Origin: Methanobacteriota archaeon
GTDB lineage: Archaea; Thermoplasmatota; Thermoplasmata; RBG-16-68-12
Length of the DNA stretch: 55,847 nt
NCBI GenBank assembly: GCA_005879065.1
Contig: VBLU01000003.1
Location: 1-55,847 of the forward strand
Direction of reading: 5' to 3'
Both the position numbers and the translations under genes were made by a program. The notes under the pieces are model-generated. The model was not told the DNA's origin. It was given only the letters and a program-made list of their open reading frames with translations, and ran no database searches. This document shows positions 19,818-29,365 of the stretch, one piece after another. How positions within the stretch are numbered: position 1 is the first letter of the stretch; each line of letters begins with the position of its first letter.

Positions 19818-20484
19818 CGTTCACCCGGCGCAGCGTGAAGCCGAAGACGCCTTGGAAGTGCGCGATCACGGAGGCCTTCACGTCCTCGAGATCGATCGGA
19901 TGTCCGAGGCATTTCTCCATGGAGGTCATAATTCCGCCGTCATGGCCGCACGGCCGAATCTTCAGGAACTCCCGCAAGTCCGTCGTCACATTGAGCGCAA
20001 AGCCGTGGAACGTCACGCTCCGCCGCACCGCGAGCCCGATCGACGCGATCTTCTTGTCCCCGATCCAGACGCCCCGCTCGGGTCCCTCCCGGGTCGCGTC
20101 GATCCCGAAGTCGGAACAGGAACGGAGGAGCACGTCCTCGAGGTCCGTCACGAGCCGTTTCACCTCGAGGCGGTCCGGGAGTCGGAGGATCGGGTAGCCG
20201 ACGAGCTGCCCTAGCCCGTGATAGGTCGCTTCGCCACCCCGTTCGACCTCCACGATCTCCAGGCTCGGATCGAGGACGTCCTCCCGCTTCCCTCGACGGC
20301 CGAGGGTCGCGACGGGTTCGTGTTCGACGAGGATCAGTCCATCCGGGATGCGCTCCTCCGCGCGTCGGTCGACGAGGGCTTTCTGGAGGTCCCACACCTC
20401 GCGGTACGGTCGACGACCGAGGTCCAGCAACCAGGCGTCCCGGGCAATCACGATCGGACGCTCGCCTTCCGTCGTCGCCAGCAT
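19765..20484 (-). CDS. lipB: Lipoyl(octanoyl) transferase
   Basis: EHEPVATLG, RGGEATYHGLGQLVGYP, KIASIG, HGFALN, IRPCG catalytic Cys. Confidence 0.93.
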   Translation of the reverse strand: MLATTEGERPIVIARDAWLLDLGRRPYREVWDLQKALVDRRAEERIPDGLILVEHEPVATLGRRGKREDVLDPSLEIVEVERGGEATYHGLGQLVGYPILRLPDRLEVKRLVTDLEDVLLRSCSDFGIDATREGPERGVWIGDKKIASIGLAVRRSVTFHGFALNVTTDLREFLKIRPCGHDGGIMTSMEKCLGHPIDLEDVKASVIAHFQGVFGFTLRRVNVSELLPEAPAGRRLRRL

Positions 20485-20488
20485 GGTC

Positions 20489-21889
20489 TCAGCGGTTCAA
20501 CACGTGGATCGCCTCGCCGAGGGCCGCTTCCGCGCTCTCCATGATCGCCTCGGGCAAGGTTGGATGAGGATGGATCGTCAGGGCGATGTCCGCGATGGTG
20601 GCACCCATTTCGATCCCGAGGGAGAGCTCGCTGATCAGGTCGCTCGCATCGGGTCCGGCGATCGTCGCTCCGAGGAGCACGTTCGAGGAGGGGTCTGCGA
20701 GGAGCTTCACGAAGCCATCGTACTCGCCGGTCGTGAGGGCGCGCCCGATCGCGGCGAAGGGCACCTTCCCGATCCGGACCTTCCGACCCTGGGCGACCGC
20801 CTCGGGTTCCTGGAGTCCCACCGTCGCGATCTCCGGATCTGTGAAGATCGCCGCCGGCAAGGCGCGGTAGTCGAGTTCGGCCGGATGGCCCGCGATGACC
20901 TCGGCGGCGATGAGGCCTTCCTTGGTCGCCTTATGCGCGAGGAACGGGGGCCCGACGACGTCGCCGATCGCAAACACGTGCGGGTTCGACGTGCGCAGCT
21001 GGCGGTCCACCTTGACGTACCCTCGCGGTGCGAACTCGACGCCCGCCCGGTCGACGTTCAGCTCGTCCGTGTTCGGCCGCCGGCCGACGGTGACGAGGAC
21101 GCAGTCGGCGCGTCGAGCGATGAGGCCCTCGGGGGTCAGGACGTCGATGACCGTCTGGTCTTTGTCCACGCGCCATCCGCGGGCCTGGGATTTCGTGTGG
21201 ACCTCGATCCCGAGCTTCTGGAGGCGGCGCCCAACGATCCGGGCGGCCTCCGGGTCGGTCCCCGGGAGGATCTGATCCAGGATCTCGATCACCACGACGC
21301 GGGTGCCGAGCTTCGCGTAGAACGTCCCAATCTCGAGTCCGGAGATCCCGCCTCCGATCACCGCGAGGTTCAGCGGGATTCGCGGGAGCTCGAGCGCTTC
21401 CTTCGTGCTGAGCACGCGCTTCCCGTCGAACCGGAATGCCGGGAGATCGGAGGGCCGTCCTCCGGTCGCGATGATCGCATCCGTGAACGCGATTTCCTCG
21501 GCGCCCGAGGAAGTCCGGACCGTCGCCCGGTCCGGCCCCGTGAAGGACGCATGTCCGGCCAGGACGTCCACGCCGTTCCCTTTGCACAGTTGGCCGACTC
21601 CGTTCGAGAGGCGTTGCACCACGGCGCTCTTCCATTGCTGGAGGCGGGCCATGTCCACCTTGACCGGGCCTGTCTCGACCCCTCGTTCGGTGGCCCGTTC
21701 GATCGCGTGGACGAGGTTCGCAGTGTGGATAAGCGCCTTACTCGGGATGCATCCGTAGTTCAGGCATTCGCCTCCGAGTCTGTCCCGTTCGACGAGGAGG
21801 ACGCGCTTGCCGAGTTGCGCCGCGCGAATGGCAGCGGGATAGCCGCCAGGACCCGCCCCGATGACGAGGACGTCGACCTGGCGGACCAT
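20489..21889 (-). CDS. lpdA: Dihydrolipoyl dehydrogenase (E3)
   Basis: GAGPGGY, GGECLNYGCIPSK, HPHPTLPE. Confidence 0.96.
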   Translation of the reverse strand: MVRQVDVLVIGAGPGGYPAAIRAAQLGKRVLLVERDRLGGECLNYGCIPSKALIHTANLVHAIERATERGVETGPVKVDMARLQQWKSAVVQRLSNGVGQLCKGNGVDVLAGHASFTGPDRATVRTSSGAEEIAFTDAIIATGGRPSDLPAFRFDGKRVLSTKEALELPRIPLNLAVIGGGISGLEIGTFYAKLGTRVVVIEILDQILPGTDPEAARIVGRRLQKLGIEVHTKSQARGWRVDKDQTVIDVLTPEGLIARRADCVLVTVGRRPNTDELNVDRAGVEFAPRGYVKVDRQLRTSNPHVFAIGDVVGPPFLAHKATKEGLIAAEVIAGHPAELDYRALPAAIFTDPEIATVGLQEPEAVAQGRKVRIGKVPFAAIGRALTTGEYDGFVKLLADPSSNVLLGATIAGPDASDLISELSLGIEMGATIADIALTIHPHPTLPEAIMESAEAALGEAIHVLNR

Positions 21890-21975
21890 CGGCGTGCGAA
21901 GGGACGCGCAGCCCATATCCTTTTTGCGTCCGCACCGCCGGCCCGTGGCGTTGACGGGAGGCCCGCGTTAGAACA

Positions 21976-23214
21976 CTATTCGAGGCCGACGAACAGGAGG
22001 GCGGGATGCTCGAGGGAGTTCCGGACATTCTGGACGAAGGCGGCCCCGACGTGCCCGTCGATCACGCGGTGGTCGAACGAGCACGACAGGTACATCATGT
22101 CGCGGATCACGACCTGGTCGTTCCGGACGACCGGGCGCTTTTCGATCTTGTGGACGCCAAGGATGGCGACCTCGGGCCAGTTGATGATCGGCGTCGCCAA
22201 GATGCCGCCCTCCTTCCCGAGGGACGTGATCGTGAACGTGGAGCCGAGGACGTCCTCGAGGGCGAGGCGCTTCTCGCGCGCCGCGTTTGAGAGTCGCTCG
22301 AGTTCCTTCGCGAGGCCCCACAGATCCTTCTTGTCCGCGTCATGGACGACCGTGACCGTGAGGCCTTCGTCCGTCGCGGTCGCGATCCCGATGTGGAAGT
22401 ATTTCTTCAGCACGATCTCGCCGCGTTCGTCGTCCACGGACGCGTTCAACGTGGGGAATTCCTTCAGGGCACCGAGGATCGATTTGATGAAGAACGGGAG
22501 GAAGGTGAGCTTGAGGCCCTTCCGTTCCGCGGCCTCCTTCAGATGGTCCCGCAGGTGGACCAGTTGGGACATGTCCACCTCTTCGACGTACGTGAAATGG
22601 GCCGCGGTCACGTTGGACTTCGCCATCTTTTCGAAGATCCGCTTGCGAAGGCCGTGGATCGGAATCCGCTCCTCCCCGCCCTGCACCGGTCGCACGGACA
22701 CAGCCGCAGGTGGGGCCAAGGAGGTCGCGGGCTTGGGCGTCATCGCGGGCGTCTGCGCCCCCTTGCGCACGTCGTCCTCCGTGATCCGCCCTTGCGGGCC
22801 GGTCCCCCGGAGCGCGCCCAGGTTCACGCTCAGTTCCTTCGCGAGTCGCCGCACGGCCGGCGCCGCGAGGGCCTCGCCGGACGAGGGCGGCGGAGGCGGT
22901 GCACTCGCTTTCGGGGGCGCCGAGGGGACGATGGTCGGCCGCCCGGCCGTCGCGGGATTGGTCGGGGCGGCCTCCCCCGCCTCTCCGAACACGACGAGGG
23001 TCGCGCCGACCTTCACGACCTCGCCTTCCTTCGCGCGGAGCTGGAGCACCTTGCCCGTCACCGGCGAGGGGATCTGGACCGTGACCTTGTCCGTCATCAC
23101 CTCCACGACCGGATCATTCTCCCGGATCGGGTCGCCTTCCTTGACGAACCACTTGACGACCTCGCCTTCGTGGACGCCCTCCCCGATGTCGGGGAGCTTG
23201 AACTCGCGGGCCAT
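21976..23214 (-). CDS. pdhC: Dihydrolipoamide acyltransferase (E2)
   Basis: Single lipoyl domain EVMTDKV, E3-binding PAVRRLAKE..GTGPQGRI, catalytic FDHRVIDG. Confidence 0.95.
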   Translation of the reverse strand: MAREFKLPDIGEGVHEGEVVKWFVKEGDPIRENDPVVEVMTDKVTVQIPSPVTGKVLQLRAKEGEVVKVGATLVVFGEAGEAAPTNPATAGRPTIVPSAPPKASAPPPPPSSGEALAAPAVRRLAKELSVNLGALRGTGPQGRITEDDVRKGAQTPAMTPKPATSLAPPAAVSVRPVQGGEERIPIHGLRKRIFEKMAKSNVTAAHFTYVEEVDMSQLVHLRDHLKEAAERKGLKLTFLPFFIKSILGALKEFPTLNASVDDERGEIVLKKYFHIGIATATDEGLTVTVVHDADKKDLWGLAKELERLSNAAREKRLALEDVLGSTFTITSLGKEGGILATPIINWPEVAILGVHKIEKRPVVRNDQVVIRDMMYLSCSFDHRVIDGHVGAAFVQNVRNSLEHPALLFVGLE

Positions 23215-23334
23215 CGGTTTCCTCGTTTCGACACCCGTCGCAAGACCGCAATCGGCTTAACATTTTGCACGGCCACGCGTGTGCCTTTCGGTCTCGAGGC
23301 GAATCATTTTATGGGCACCGTCCAATGCCCTCTC

Positions 23335-23435
23335 GGGGAGGAGTGGGGACGTGGAGGAGTGGCACAGACCGGTGGGCGTGATTTGTGCCCGGCGCTTCGC
23401 GCCGGAGAGATTCCCGTCCTGCTCCTCCTTTCTCT
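23335..23435 (+). ncRNA. Candidate structured RNA (three-way junction), stand-alone sRNA or 5' leader
   Basis: 23335-23351 pairs with 23415-23430 (16 bp, one bulge); inner hairpins GGCACAGA/TTTGTGCC and CGGCGC-TTC-GCGCCG; TTTTAT box at 23307. Confidence 0.5.
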
Positions 23436-23448
23436 GAGGGGGACCTGG

Positions 23449-23859
23449 ATGCGCCGTCCGGCCGGCATCACGGTTCTCGGCGCTCTGGTCTCGTTGGCCG
23501 CGCTCATCATGGTCCTGATCGGCATCGCCTCCTTCTTCGTCGGCCTTGCGTTCCTGATCCCTGGGACCCCGATTTCCGGGACCGAGCTGGTCCTGAACGG
23601 CATCCTCTACTTCTTCATCGGGGTCGCCTTGGGCATCGCGGGCGGAGGACTCCTGATGATGCGGCCCTGGGCGTGGGGGGTCGCCCTCATCGCGACGTTG
23701 GTGACCCTCGCCTACCTGGGATATCGAGTATACGAACGGTCGAACGCGGGATCCGGTACTACGCTCACTTCGTTGTTGACCCTCGGGATCGTCGCCATCA
23801 TCTTTGTCTATCTGCTTTCCGCGTCCCGCGCCTTCCGGCGATCCGCTCGCTCGATGTGA
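23449..23859 (+). CDS. Small membrane protein (4 TM)
   Basis: MRRPAGITVLG..., GLLMMRPWAW, IFVYL; GAGGGGGA SD. Confidence 0.8.
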   Translation: MRRPAGITVLGALVSLAALIMVLIGIASFFVGLAFLIPGTPISGTELVLNGILYFFIGVALGIAGGGLLMMRPWAWGVALIATLVTLAYLGYRVYERSNAGSGTTLTSLLTLGIVAIIFVYLLSASRAFRRSARSM

Positions 23860-23882
23860 CCTCGACCGGTCGTCCGGCGGAC

Positions 23883-24854
23883 TCAGAACGCCATGACCTT
23901 GTCGATCGCCGCGAGGACGCGGTCCGAATTCGGCAGGTAGACGTCCTCGAGCGCGTACGGGAACGGCGTGTCGAATCCCGTCACGCGGACGATCGGACCG
24001 CGGAGGTACTCGATCGCCTTCTCCGCGAGGATCGCACTGATCTCCGCTCCGAACCCGGCGGTCCGGGGGGCCTCGTACACGACGACGGCGCGGCCGGTCT
24101 TTTTCACCGACGCGAGGACCGCTGGTTCATCGAGCGGGACCAGGGTGCGAAGGTCGATCACCTCCGCCTCGACGCCTTTCGCGGCGGCCTTCGTCGCGGC
24201 CTCGAGGCACACCTGCGCCATGTATCCGTAGGCGATCAGCGAGACGTCCTTGCCCGGCCGACGCACCGCGGCCTCCCCGAGCGGCACGAGGACCTCTCCC
24301 TCCGGGACCTCCTCCCGGGAGGACCGGTACAGTTTCTTCGGCTCCAGGAACATGACCGGATCCGGGTCGCGGATCGAGGCGGTCAGGAGCCCCTTCGCCT
24401 CCTTCGGCGTCGAGGGGACGACGACCTTCAACCCCGGCGTATGGCAGAAGTACGCCTCGGACGACTGGGAATGGTAGTGGCCGCCGCGGATCCCGCCTCC
24501 GAACGGAGTGCGGATCGTCATCGGGACGGTGAACTGGCCTCCGGAACGGTAGCGCATCTTGGCGGCCTCGGAGACGATCTGGTCGAAGGCCGGGTAGATG
24601 AAGTCCATGAACTGGATTTCCGGGACCGGACGCAGGCCGTACAAGGCCATCCCGATCGCGGTGCCGATGATCCCGCCTTCCGCGAGGGGCGTGTCGAAGA
24701 CGCGGTCCGGGAACTCGTCCAGGAGGCCCTCCGTGCATCGGAAGACGCCGCCGTTCCGGCCGACGTCTTCTCCAAGGACGATTACGCGGTCGTCTCGCCG
24801 CATCTCTTCGCGCAACGCGTTGTTGATCGCCTGCACCATCGTCATCGCCGGCAT
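23883..24854 (-). CDS. pdhB: 2-oxoacid dehydrogenase E1 beta
   Basis: GEDVG..GGVFR, DTPLAE, EIQFMDF, YHSQS, FLEPK. Confidence 0.95.
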   Translation of the reverse strand: MPAMTMVQAINNALREEMRRDDRVIVLGEDVGRNGGVFRCTEGLLDEFPDRVFDTPLAEGGIIGTAIGMALYGLRPVPEIQFMDFIYPAFDQIVSEAAKMRYRSGGQFTVPMTIRTPFGGGIRGGHYHSQSSEAYFCHTPGLKVVVPSTPKEAKGLLTASIRDPDPVMFLEPKKLYRSSREEVPEGEVLVPLGEAAVRRPGKDVSLIAYGYMAQVCLEAATKAAAKGVEAEVIDLRTLVPLDEPAVLASVKKTGRAVVVYEAPRTAGFGAEISAILAEKAIEYLRGPIVRVTGFDTPFPYALEDVYLPNSDRVLAAIDKVMAF

Positions 24855-24856
24855 GT

Positions 24857-25435
24857 TCACGACCTCGTGGCGTAGTATTCCTGGTACGGATCTTCGGTCG
24901 GAGTACCGCCCGGGAGCCGCCCCTGCATGTCCGGATCATCTTTGAACGGCCTCAGGTCCGGGTCCTCGTCGAGCCGGTCCCGGAGATCCGGTTGCAGTTC
25001 CACGGCCCTCGCGAATTGCTCGATCACCTTGGACTTGTCTCCCATCCGGGCGGCGATGCGCGCTAGGTTGAAGTACGTGCTCGCCCGCGTCGGCTCCAAC
25101 CCGACAGCGTGCTCGAACGCCTCGAGCGCCCCGTCGAGATCGCCCGCGTGGAACAGGTCGTACCCGAGGCTGTTCCAGCCCTGCGGGTTGTCGGGGTCCG
25201 CGTCGCACAGCAGGCGGTCGACCCGCGCCGCCTCGGCGTAGTCGCCTTCCGCCCCCAAGCACGCGGCCGCGAGGGCGCACGCGTCTCCGTCCACCTCGCC
25301 CTTCCGTTGCAAGAGCGGCCGGACGAGGGCGAGGGCCTCCTTGGCACGGCCCTGCTTGAACAGCTCGTGCGCCCGCTGGAGCCCCGAGGCCGACGACGGT
25401 GCGGACACGGGAGCGGCGGGCCCTTTCTTCGGCGT
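24857..25435 (-). CDS. Tetratricopeptide repeat protein
   Basis: TPR-like units [38 protein letters not shown]; start is ACG 25435 (perfect SD) or GTG 25408. Confidence 0.8.
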   Translation of the reverse strand, partial: TPKKGPAAPVSAPSSASGLQRAHELFKQGRAKEALALVRPLLQRKGEVDGDACALAAACLGAEGDYAEAARVDRLLCDADPDNPQGWNSLGYDLFHAGDLDGALEAFEHAVGLEPTRASTYFNLARIAARMGDKSKVIEQFARAVELQPDLRDRLDEDPDLRPFKDDPDMQGRLPGGTPTEDPYQEYYATRS

Positions 25436-25439
25436 GCGC

Positions 25440-26513
25440 TCACCTCCCGCGAGGGGCGAGGAAGGCGTCCCGCTGATCCCGCAAGTGGTCGGGCATGTCC
25501 GCGTACACGTCCGTGAAGAGGGTCTCGACCGCGGGGGGCGGGGCGCGCTCTGCCTCCTGGATCGCCCGGGTGATTTCGTCTCCGATCTCCTGTTCGAGCC
25601 GGGCCTCTCGCCCGTCGTCCCACCAGCCGGCATGCTCGAGGTACCTCCGGTAGCGGGCGATCGGATCTCGCGCGCGCCACAGGGCGACCTCCGATTCATC
25701 CCGATACCGAGACGGGTCGTCACTTGAGGAATGCGGGCCGAGCCGGTACGTCACTGCCTCGATCATCGTGGGGCCATGGCCCTCCCGGGCGCGACGGGCC
25801 GCGTCGCCGGTGGCCCGGAAGACCGCGAGCGCGTCCATGCCGTCGACGCGGACTCCGTCGAAGCCATACGCGGGCGCTTTCTGCGCGAGGGTCGCGGAGG
25901 CCGTCTGCTTCGCGACGGGGACCGAGATGGCCCACTGATTGTTGTTGCAGAGGAACACGGTCGGCGTCCGGAAGACGCCCGCGAAGTTCATCGCGGCGTG
26001 GAAGTCCGCGGTGCTCGTCGCGCCATCTCCGAAGAAGACGAGGACGGCGTGCGGCTCGCCGCGGAGCCGCATGGCCCACGCGATGCCGACCGCGTGGGGG
26101 ATCTGTGTCCCGACCGGCGAGCTGATCGAGAGGTAGTTTCCCTTCCGGTAGACATAGTGGCAGGGCATCTGACGGCCGTGCACGGGATCCTCCGCATTTC
26201 CGATGAGCTGGCACAGCAACTCCTTCAGCGGCATCCCGCGGACGAGCGCCGCGCCGGGTTCGCGGTACTGGGGGACGATCCAATCCTCCGGTTCCATGGC
26301 CATCGCGGCCCCGACGATCGCCGCCTCCTGGCCGAGCGAGGGTCCGTAGAAGCCGATCCGGCCTTGGCGTTGCAGTGCGAGCATCCGGTTGTCGAGGATC
26401 CGCTGCAGGCTCATCCCGCGGTACAATCGGACGGCGTCCTCCTCCGACAACCCGGGGTCCAGACGGGGGTCTGCCGAGCCGTCGTCACGGATGATGTGGA
26501 GGGCATCGACCAC
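25440..26513 (-). CDS. pdhA: 2-oxoacid dehydrogenase E1 alpha, copy 2
   Basis: LQRQGRIGFY, GRQMPCH, FGDGATSTADF..NNQWAIS, YRLGPHSSSDD; GTG start at VVDALH. Confidence 0.93.
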   Translation of the reverse strand: MVDALHIIRDDGSADPRLDPGLSEEDAVRLYRGMSLQRILDNRMLALQRQGRIGFYGPSLGQEAAIVGAAMAMEPEDWIVPQYREPGAALVRGMPLKELLCQLIGNAEDPVHGRQMPCHYVYRKGNYLSISSPVGTQIPHAVGIAWAMRLRGEPHAVLVFFGDGATSTADFHAAMNFAGVFRTPTVFLCNNNQWAISVPVAKQTASATLAQKAPAYGFDGVRVDGMDALAVFRATGDAARRAREGHGPTMIEAVTYRLGPHSSSDDPSRYRDESEVALWRARDPIARYRRYLEHAGWWDDGREARLEQEIGDEITRAIQEAERAPPPAVETLFTDVYADMPDHLRDQRDAFLAPRGR

Positions 26514-26624
26514 GCTGTTCCTCGCACCCCCAGAGGACCGGAGCGACAAAACCACTGGGGCGGCCTTAAGCCTTCCGACCCCGGAATCTCTAAGAGTTTT
26601 GCACCGTTGTCCGCGCGGTGATCC

Positions 26625-27563
26625 GTGAAAATTCCGCAGCGGACCCGGGGCTACCTGGCCATCGTCGTCGCGGCGGTCCTCTTCGGCGTGTGGCCGAGCC
26701 TCTCGAAGCTCGTGGTGAATGAGGTCCACCCGTTCGTGATTTCGTTCCTCATCCAGTTGATCCCGGCGGTCGCGTTGTTGCCGAGCCTCCGGCGTCTCCG
26801 GGTCGCGCGGTCGGATTGGAAGTTCTTCGCCCTGTCCGGTGTCATCGGAACCGTAGCGGGCCCGATCACCTACTTCTACGGCCTTGAGCGGACGACCGCG
26901 TCGAATGCCGTCTTCCTGTCGAACAGCGAATCCCTGTTCACAATGCTCTTCGCGTACGCCTTCCTCGGGGAGCGCGCGACGCGCCGAGAATACGTGGCCC
27001 TCGGAGGCATCGCGGTCGGCGCGTTCATCGTGGCCACCGAACTCCGGTTCGGCGATGTCCAGTTCCTCCAGTTCCTGATCGGAAACCTGATGCTCATCGG
27101 AGCAGCCGTTTGTTGGGGCGTGAGCAACACGACGAGTACGGTCCTGCTCCGGCGGATTCCCATCGTCGCATTGCTCGAGATCCAACTCCTCTTCGGGGCA
27201 GCGTCCTTCGCGGCGATCCTCGTCGTCTCGAACACACCGGTCGCTGTCCCCATTCACATCCTCCCTGTGCTCGTCCTGCTGGCGGTGAGTGCGGTCGGGG
27301 TCTTCTCGGTCCTGTTCTTCTACGCGTTCCGCACGATCGGTGCGATGCGGACCGGCGCCGTCCTGCCGACGTCCGCGCTATGGGGCATCCTCGTCGCCCT
27401 GTATCTGTTCCCGAACGAGACCCTCAGCGGCATTCAGATCCTGGGCGGGGCGCTCATGGTCGCGGCCCTGGCCGTGTTCTACCTCTTCCGAGGACCGTCC
27501 AAGATAGAAGCCGCGGGCGAAACCTTGAAACCGGACGCGTCGGATGGTCCGGATTCACCGTGA
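26625..27563 (+). CDS. EamA/DMT family transporter
   Basis: Ten hydrophobic helices, YFYGLERTTAS, FLGER; GGTGA SD before GTG. Confidence 0.88.
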   Translation: MKIPQRTRGYLAIVVAAVLFGVWPSLSKLVVNEVHPFVISFLIQLIPAVALLPSLRRLRVARSDWKFFALSGVIGTVAGPITYFYGLERTTASNAVFLSNSESLFTMLFAYAFLGERATRREYVALGGIAVGAFIVATELRFGDVQFLQFLIGNLMLIGAAVCWGVSNTTSTVLLRRIPIVALLEIQLLFGAASFAAILVVSNTPVAVPIHILPVLVLLAVSAVGVFSVLFFYAFRTIGAMRTGAVLPTSALWGILVALYLFPNETLSGIQILGGALMVAALAVFYLFRGPSKIEAAGETLKPDASDGPDSP

Positions 27564-29173
27564 TGTCGCCGATTCCGGACGAGACTCCGTTCGCGCGCCT
27601 CGCCGAGCTGACCACGAAGCTCGAGGCCACATCGAAGCGCCTCGAGAAGCGCGCCCTCCTGGTCGCCTTTCTGAAATCCCTCCGCCGAGACGAGGTTCCC
27701 CCGGCGGTTCACCTGATCGTCGGTCGCATCTTCGCGGAGTCGGATTCGCGCGCCCTGAACGTCGGATGGGCGACCCTGAAGAAGGCCCTCGCGGGGACGA
27801 AGCAGGCCACGTTGGTCCCCCGGCCGCTGACGATTCTGGAAGCTACCCGCATGTTTGCTCAGATCGCGGAGGCCCGTGGCCCTGACTCGACGAGGGCCCG
27901 CCGTCGCCTCCTGGAATCCCTCCTCGGTCGTGCGTCCGAAGAGGAGCGCGACGTCCTTCTACGGAACGTCTTCGGCGAGATGCGGATTGGCGTGAACGAG
28001 GGCGTCATGCTCGAGGGGATCGCAGACGCCGCGGGCGTCGACGCGGAATCCGTTCGGACTGCCCACATGTTCCTCGGAGACCTCGGCATGGTTGCCGAGA
28101 TCGCACTCTTCGAGGGAGCGGTCGGCCTTCGGTCCCGCGGCCTGCGGCTGCTCGCGCCGATGAAACCGATGCTCGCCGAGATGGCCGAGGATTTGGATGA
28201 GGTCCTCGCGGAACACGGCGGTCAGACCGCGGTCGAGTTCAAGCTCGACGGCGCTCGCATTCAAATCCATCGGAAGGGCGACGTGGTCCGCATCTTTAGC
28301 CGGCGTCTGAGCGACGTCACGGACAGCCTGCCCGAGATCGTCGCGATCGCGAAGTCCCTCCCGGCCTCCGAGTTCCTCCTGGAGGGCGAGGTCGTCGCCA
28401 TTAACGCGGACGGGAAGCCCCTCCCGTTCCAGGACCTCATGCGCCGCTTCCGGCGCGTCCACGGGATTGCGGCGGCCCAGGAAGAGATTCCCCTGAAGTT
28501 GTACCTGTTCGACCTGCTCCACGTCGACGGGCAGACGCTGATCGACGCGCCCTATCGTGCCCGATGGGAGAGCCTCGAGCGCCTCGTGCCGTCGGAGTAT
28601 CTCACCGCCCGCAGGATTGTGACGCATAAGCAAGAGATCGAGCCGTTCCTCCAGGCCGCCCTGGTCGCGGGCCACGAGGGCCTCATGGCGAAGGCGCTCG
28701 ATTCGACGTATTCCGTCGGCAAGCGCGGGAAGAAGTGGTTCAAGATCAAGCCCGCGGACCTCCTGGACATGGCGATCGTCGCGGCGGAATGGGGGAGCGG
28801 CCGGCGCGAAGGATGGCTGTCCAACTATTGGCTCGCCGTGCGGGATGAGTCGACGGGCGGGTTCCAGATGATCGGGAAGACGTTCAAGGGGCTGACGGAT
28901 GCGGAATTCGAGACGATGACGGAACGCCTTCGCGGCCTCGCGACTTCCGAAGAACGGTGGGGTTTCCACGTTCGTCCCGAGGTCGTCGTCGAGGTCGCGT
29001 ACAACGAGATTCAGCGGAGTCCGCACTACCCGAGCGGGTTCGCCCTCCGGTTCGCGAGGATCGTGCGGATTCGGGATGACAAGGGACCGGACGACGTGGA
29101 CACATATGCCCGGCTGAAGGACCTGTACAAAAAGCAGTTCGAACGGAAGGGACGCGGGCCGGCCGACCTCTGA
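27563..29173 (+). CDS. lig: ATP-dependent DNA ligase
   Basis: Motif I EFKLDGAR, EGEVV, FDLL, EGLMAK, WFKIK, LRFARIVRIRDDK. Confidence 0.96.
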   Translation: MSPIPDETPFARLAELTTKLEATSKRLEKRALLVAFLKSLRRDEVPPAVHLIVGRIFAESDSRALNVGWATLKKALAGTKQATLVPRPLTILEATRMFAQIAEARGPDSTRARRRLLESLLGRASEEERDVLLRNVFGEMRIGVNEGVMLEGIADAAGVDAESVRTAHMFLGDLGMVAEIALFEGAVGLRSRGLRLLAPMKPMLAEMAEDLDEVLAEHGGQTAVEFKLDGARIQIHRKGDVVRIFSRRLSDVTDSLPEIVAIAKSLPASEFLLEGEVVAINADGKPLPFQDLMRRFRRVHGIAAAQEEIPLKLYLFDLLHVDGQTLIDAPYRARWESLERLVPSEYLTARRIVTHKQEIEPFLQAALVAGHEGLMAKALDSTYSVGKRGKKWFKIKPADLLDMAIVAAEWGSGRREGWLSNYWLAVRDESTGGFQMIGKTFKGLTDAEFETMTERLRGLATSEERWGFHVRPEVVVEVAYNEIQRSPHYPSGFALRFARIVRIRDDKGPDDVDTYARLKDLYKKQFERKGRGPADL

Positions 29174-29365
29174 TCTAATCCCGTCGCGAAGAGATTCGCA
29201 TTGGGATTCTCCCAGGAGAAGGCACTCTCGCCGATCACGGTCCCTGCTCCGCCGACCTCGGCATCCGCATCGCTCGTTCCGCCCTGGCCGATCGCCGGGG
29301 GGCTGGCCGCCATCGTAGTGGCGGTCCTCGCTTGGGTGACTCTCAGTCGGAAGCGACCGCCATGA
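29174..29365 (+). pseudogene. Orphan C-terminal membrane-anchor fragment
   Basis: Translates ...PITVPAPPTSASASLVPPWPIAGGLAAIVVAVLAWVTLSRKRPP*: Pro/Ser linker, TM helix and basic tail with no preceding domain. Confidence 0.45.

Noticed and set aside
20348..23260. 970-aa plus-strand ORF (and similar long ORFs such as 40960-42990, 3512-5116, 27959-29512)
   Set aside because: Antisense or off-frame shadows of well-supported genes; expected at high GC and with no motifs
29171..29173. Selenocysteine or stop readthrough of the ligase TGA into a TM tail
   Set aside because: The ligase is already complete, no SECIS-like element was recognised, and a gene remnant is simpler
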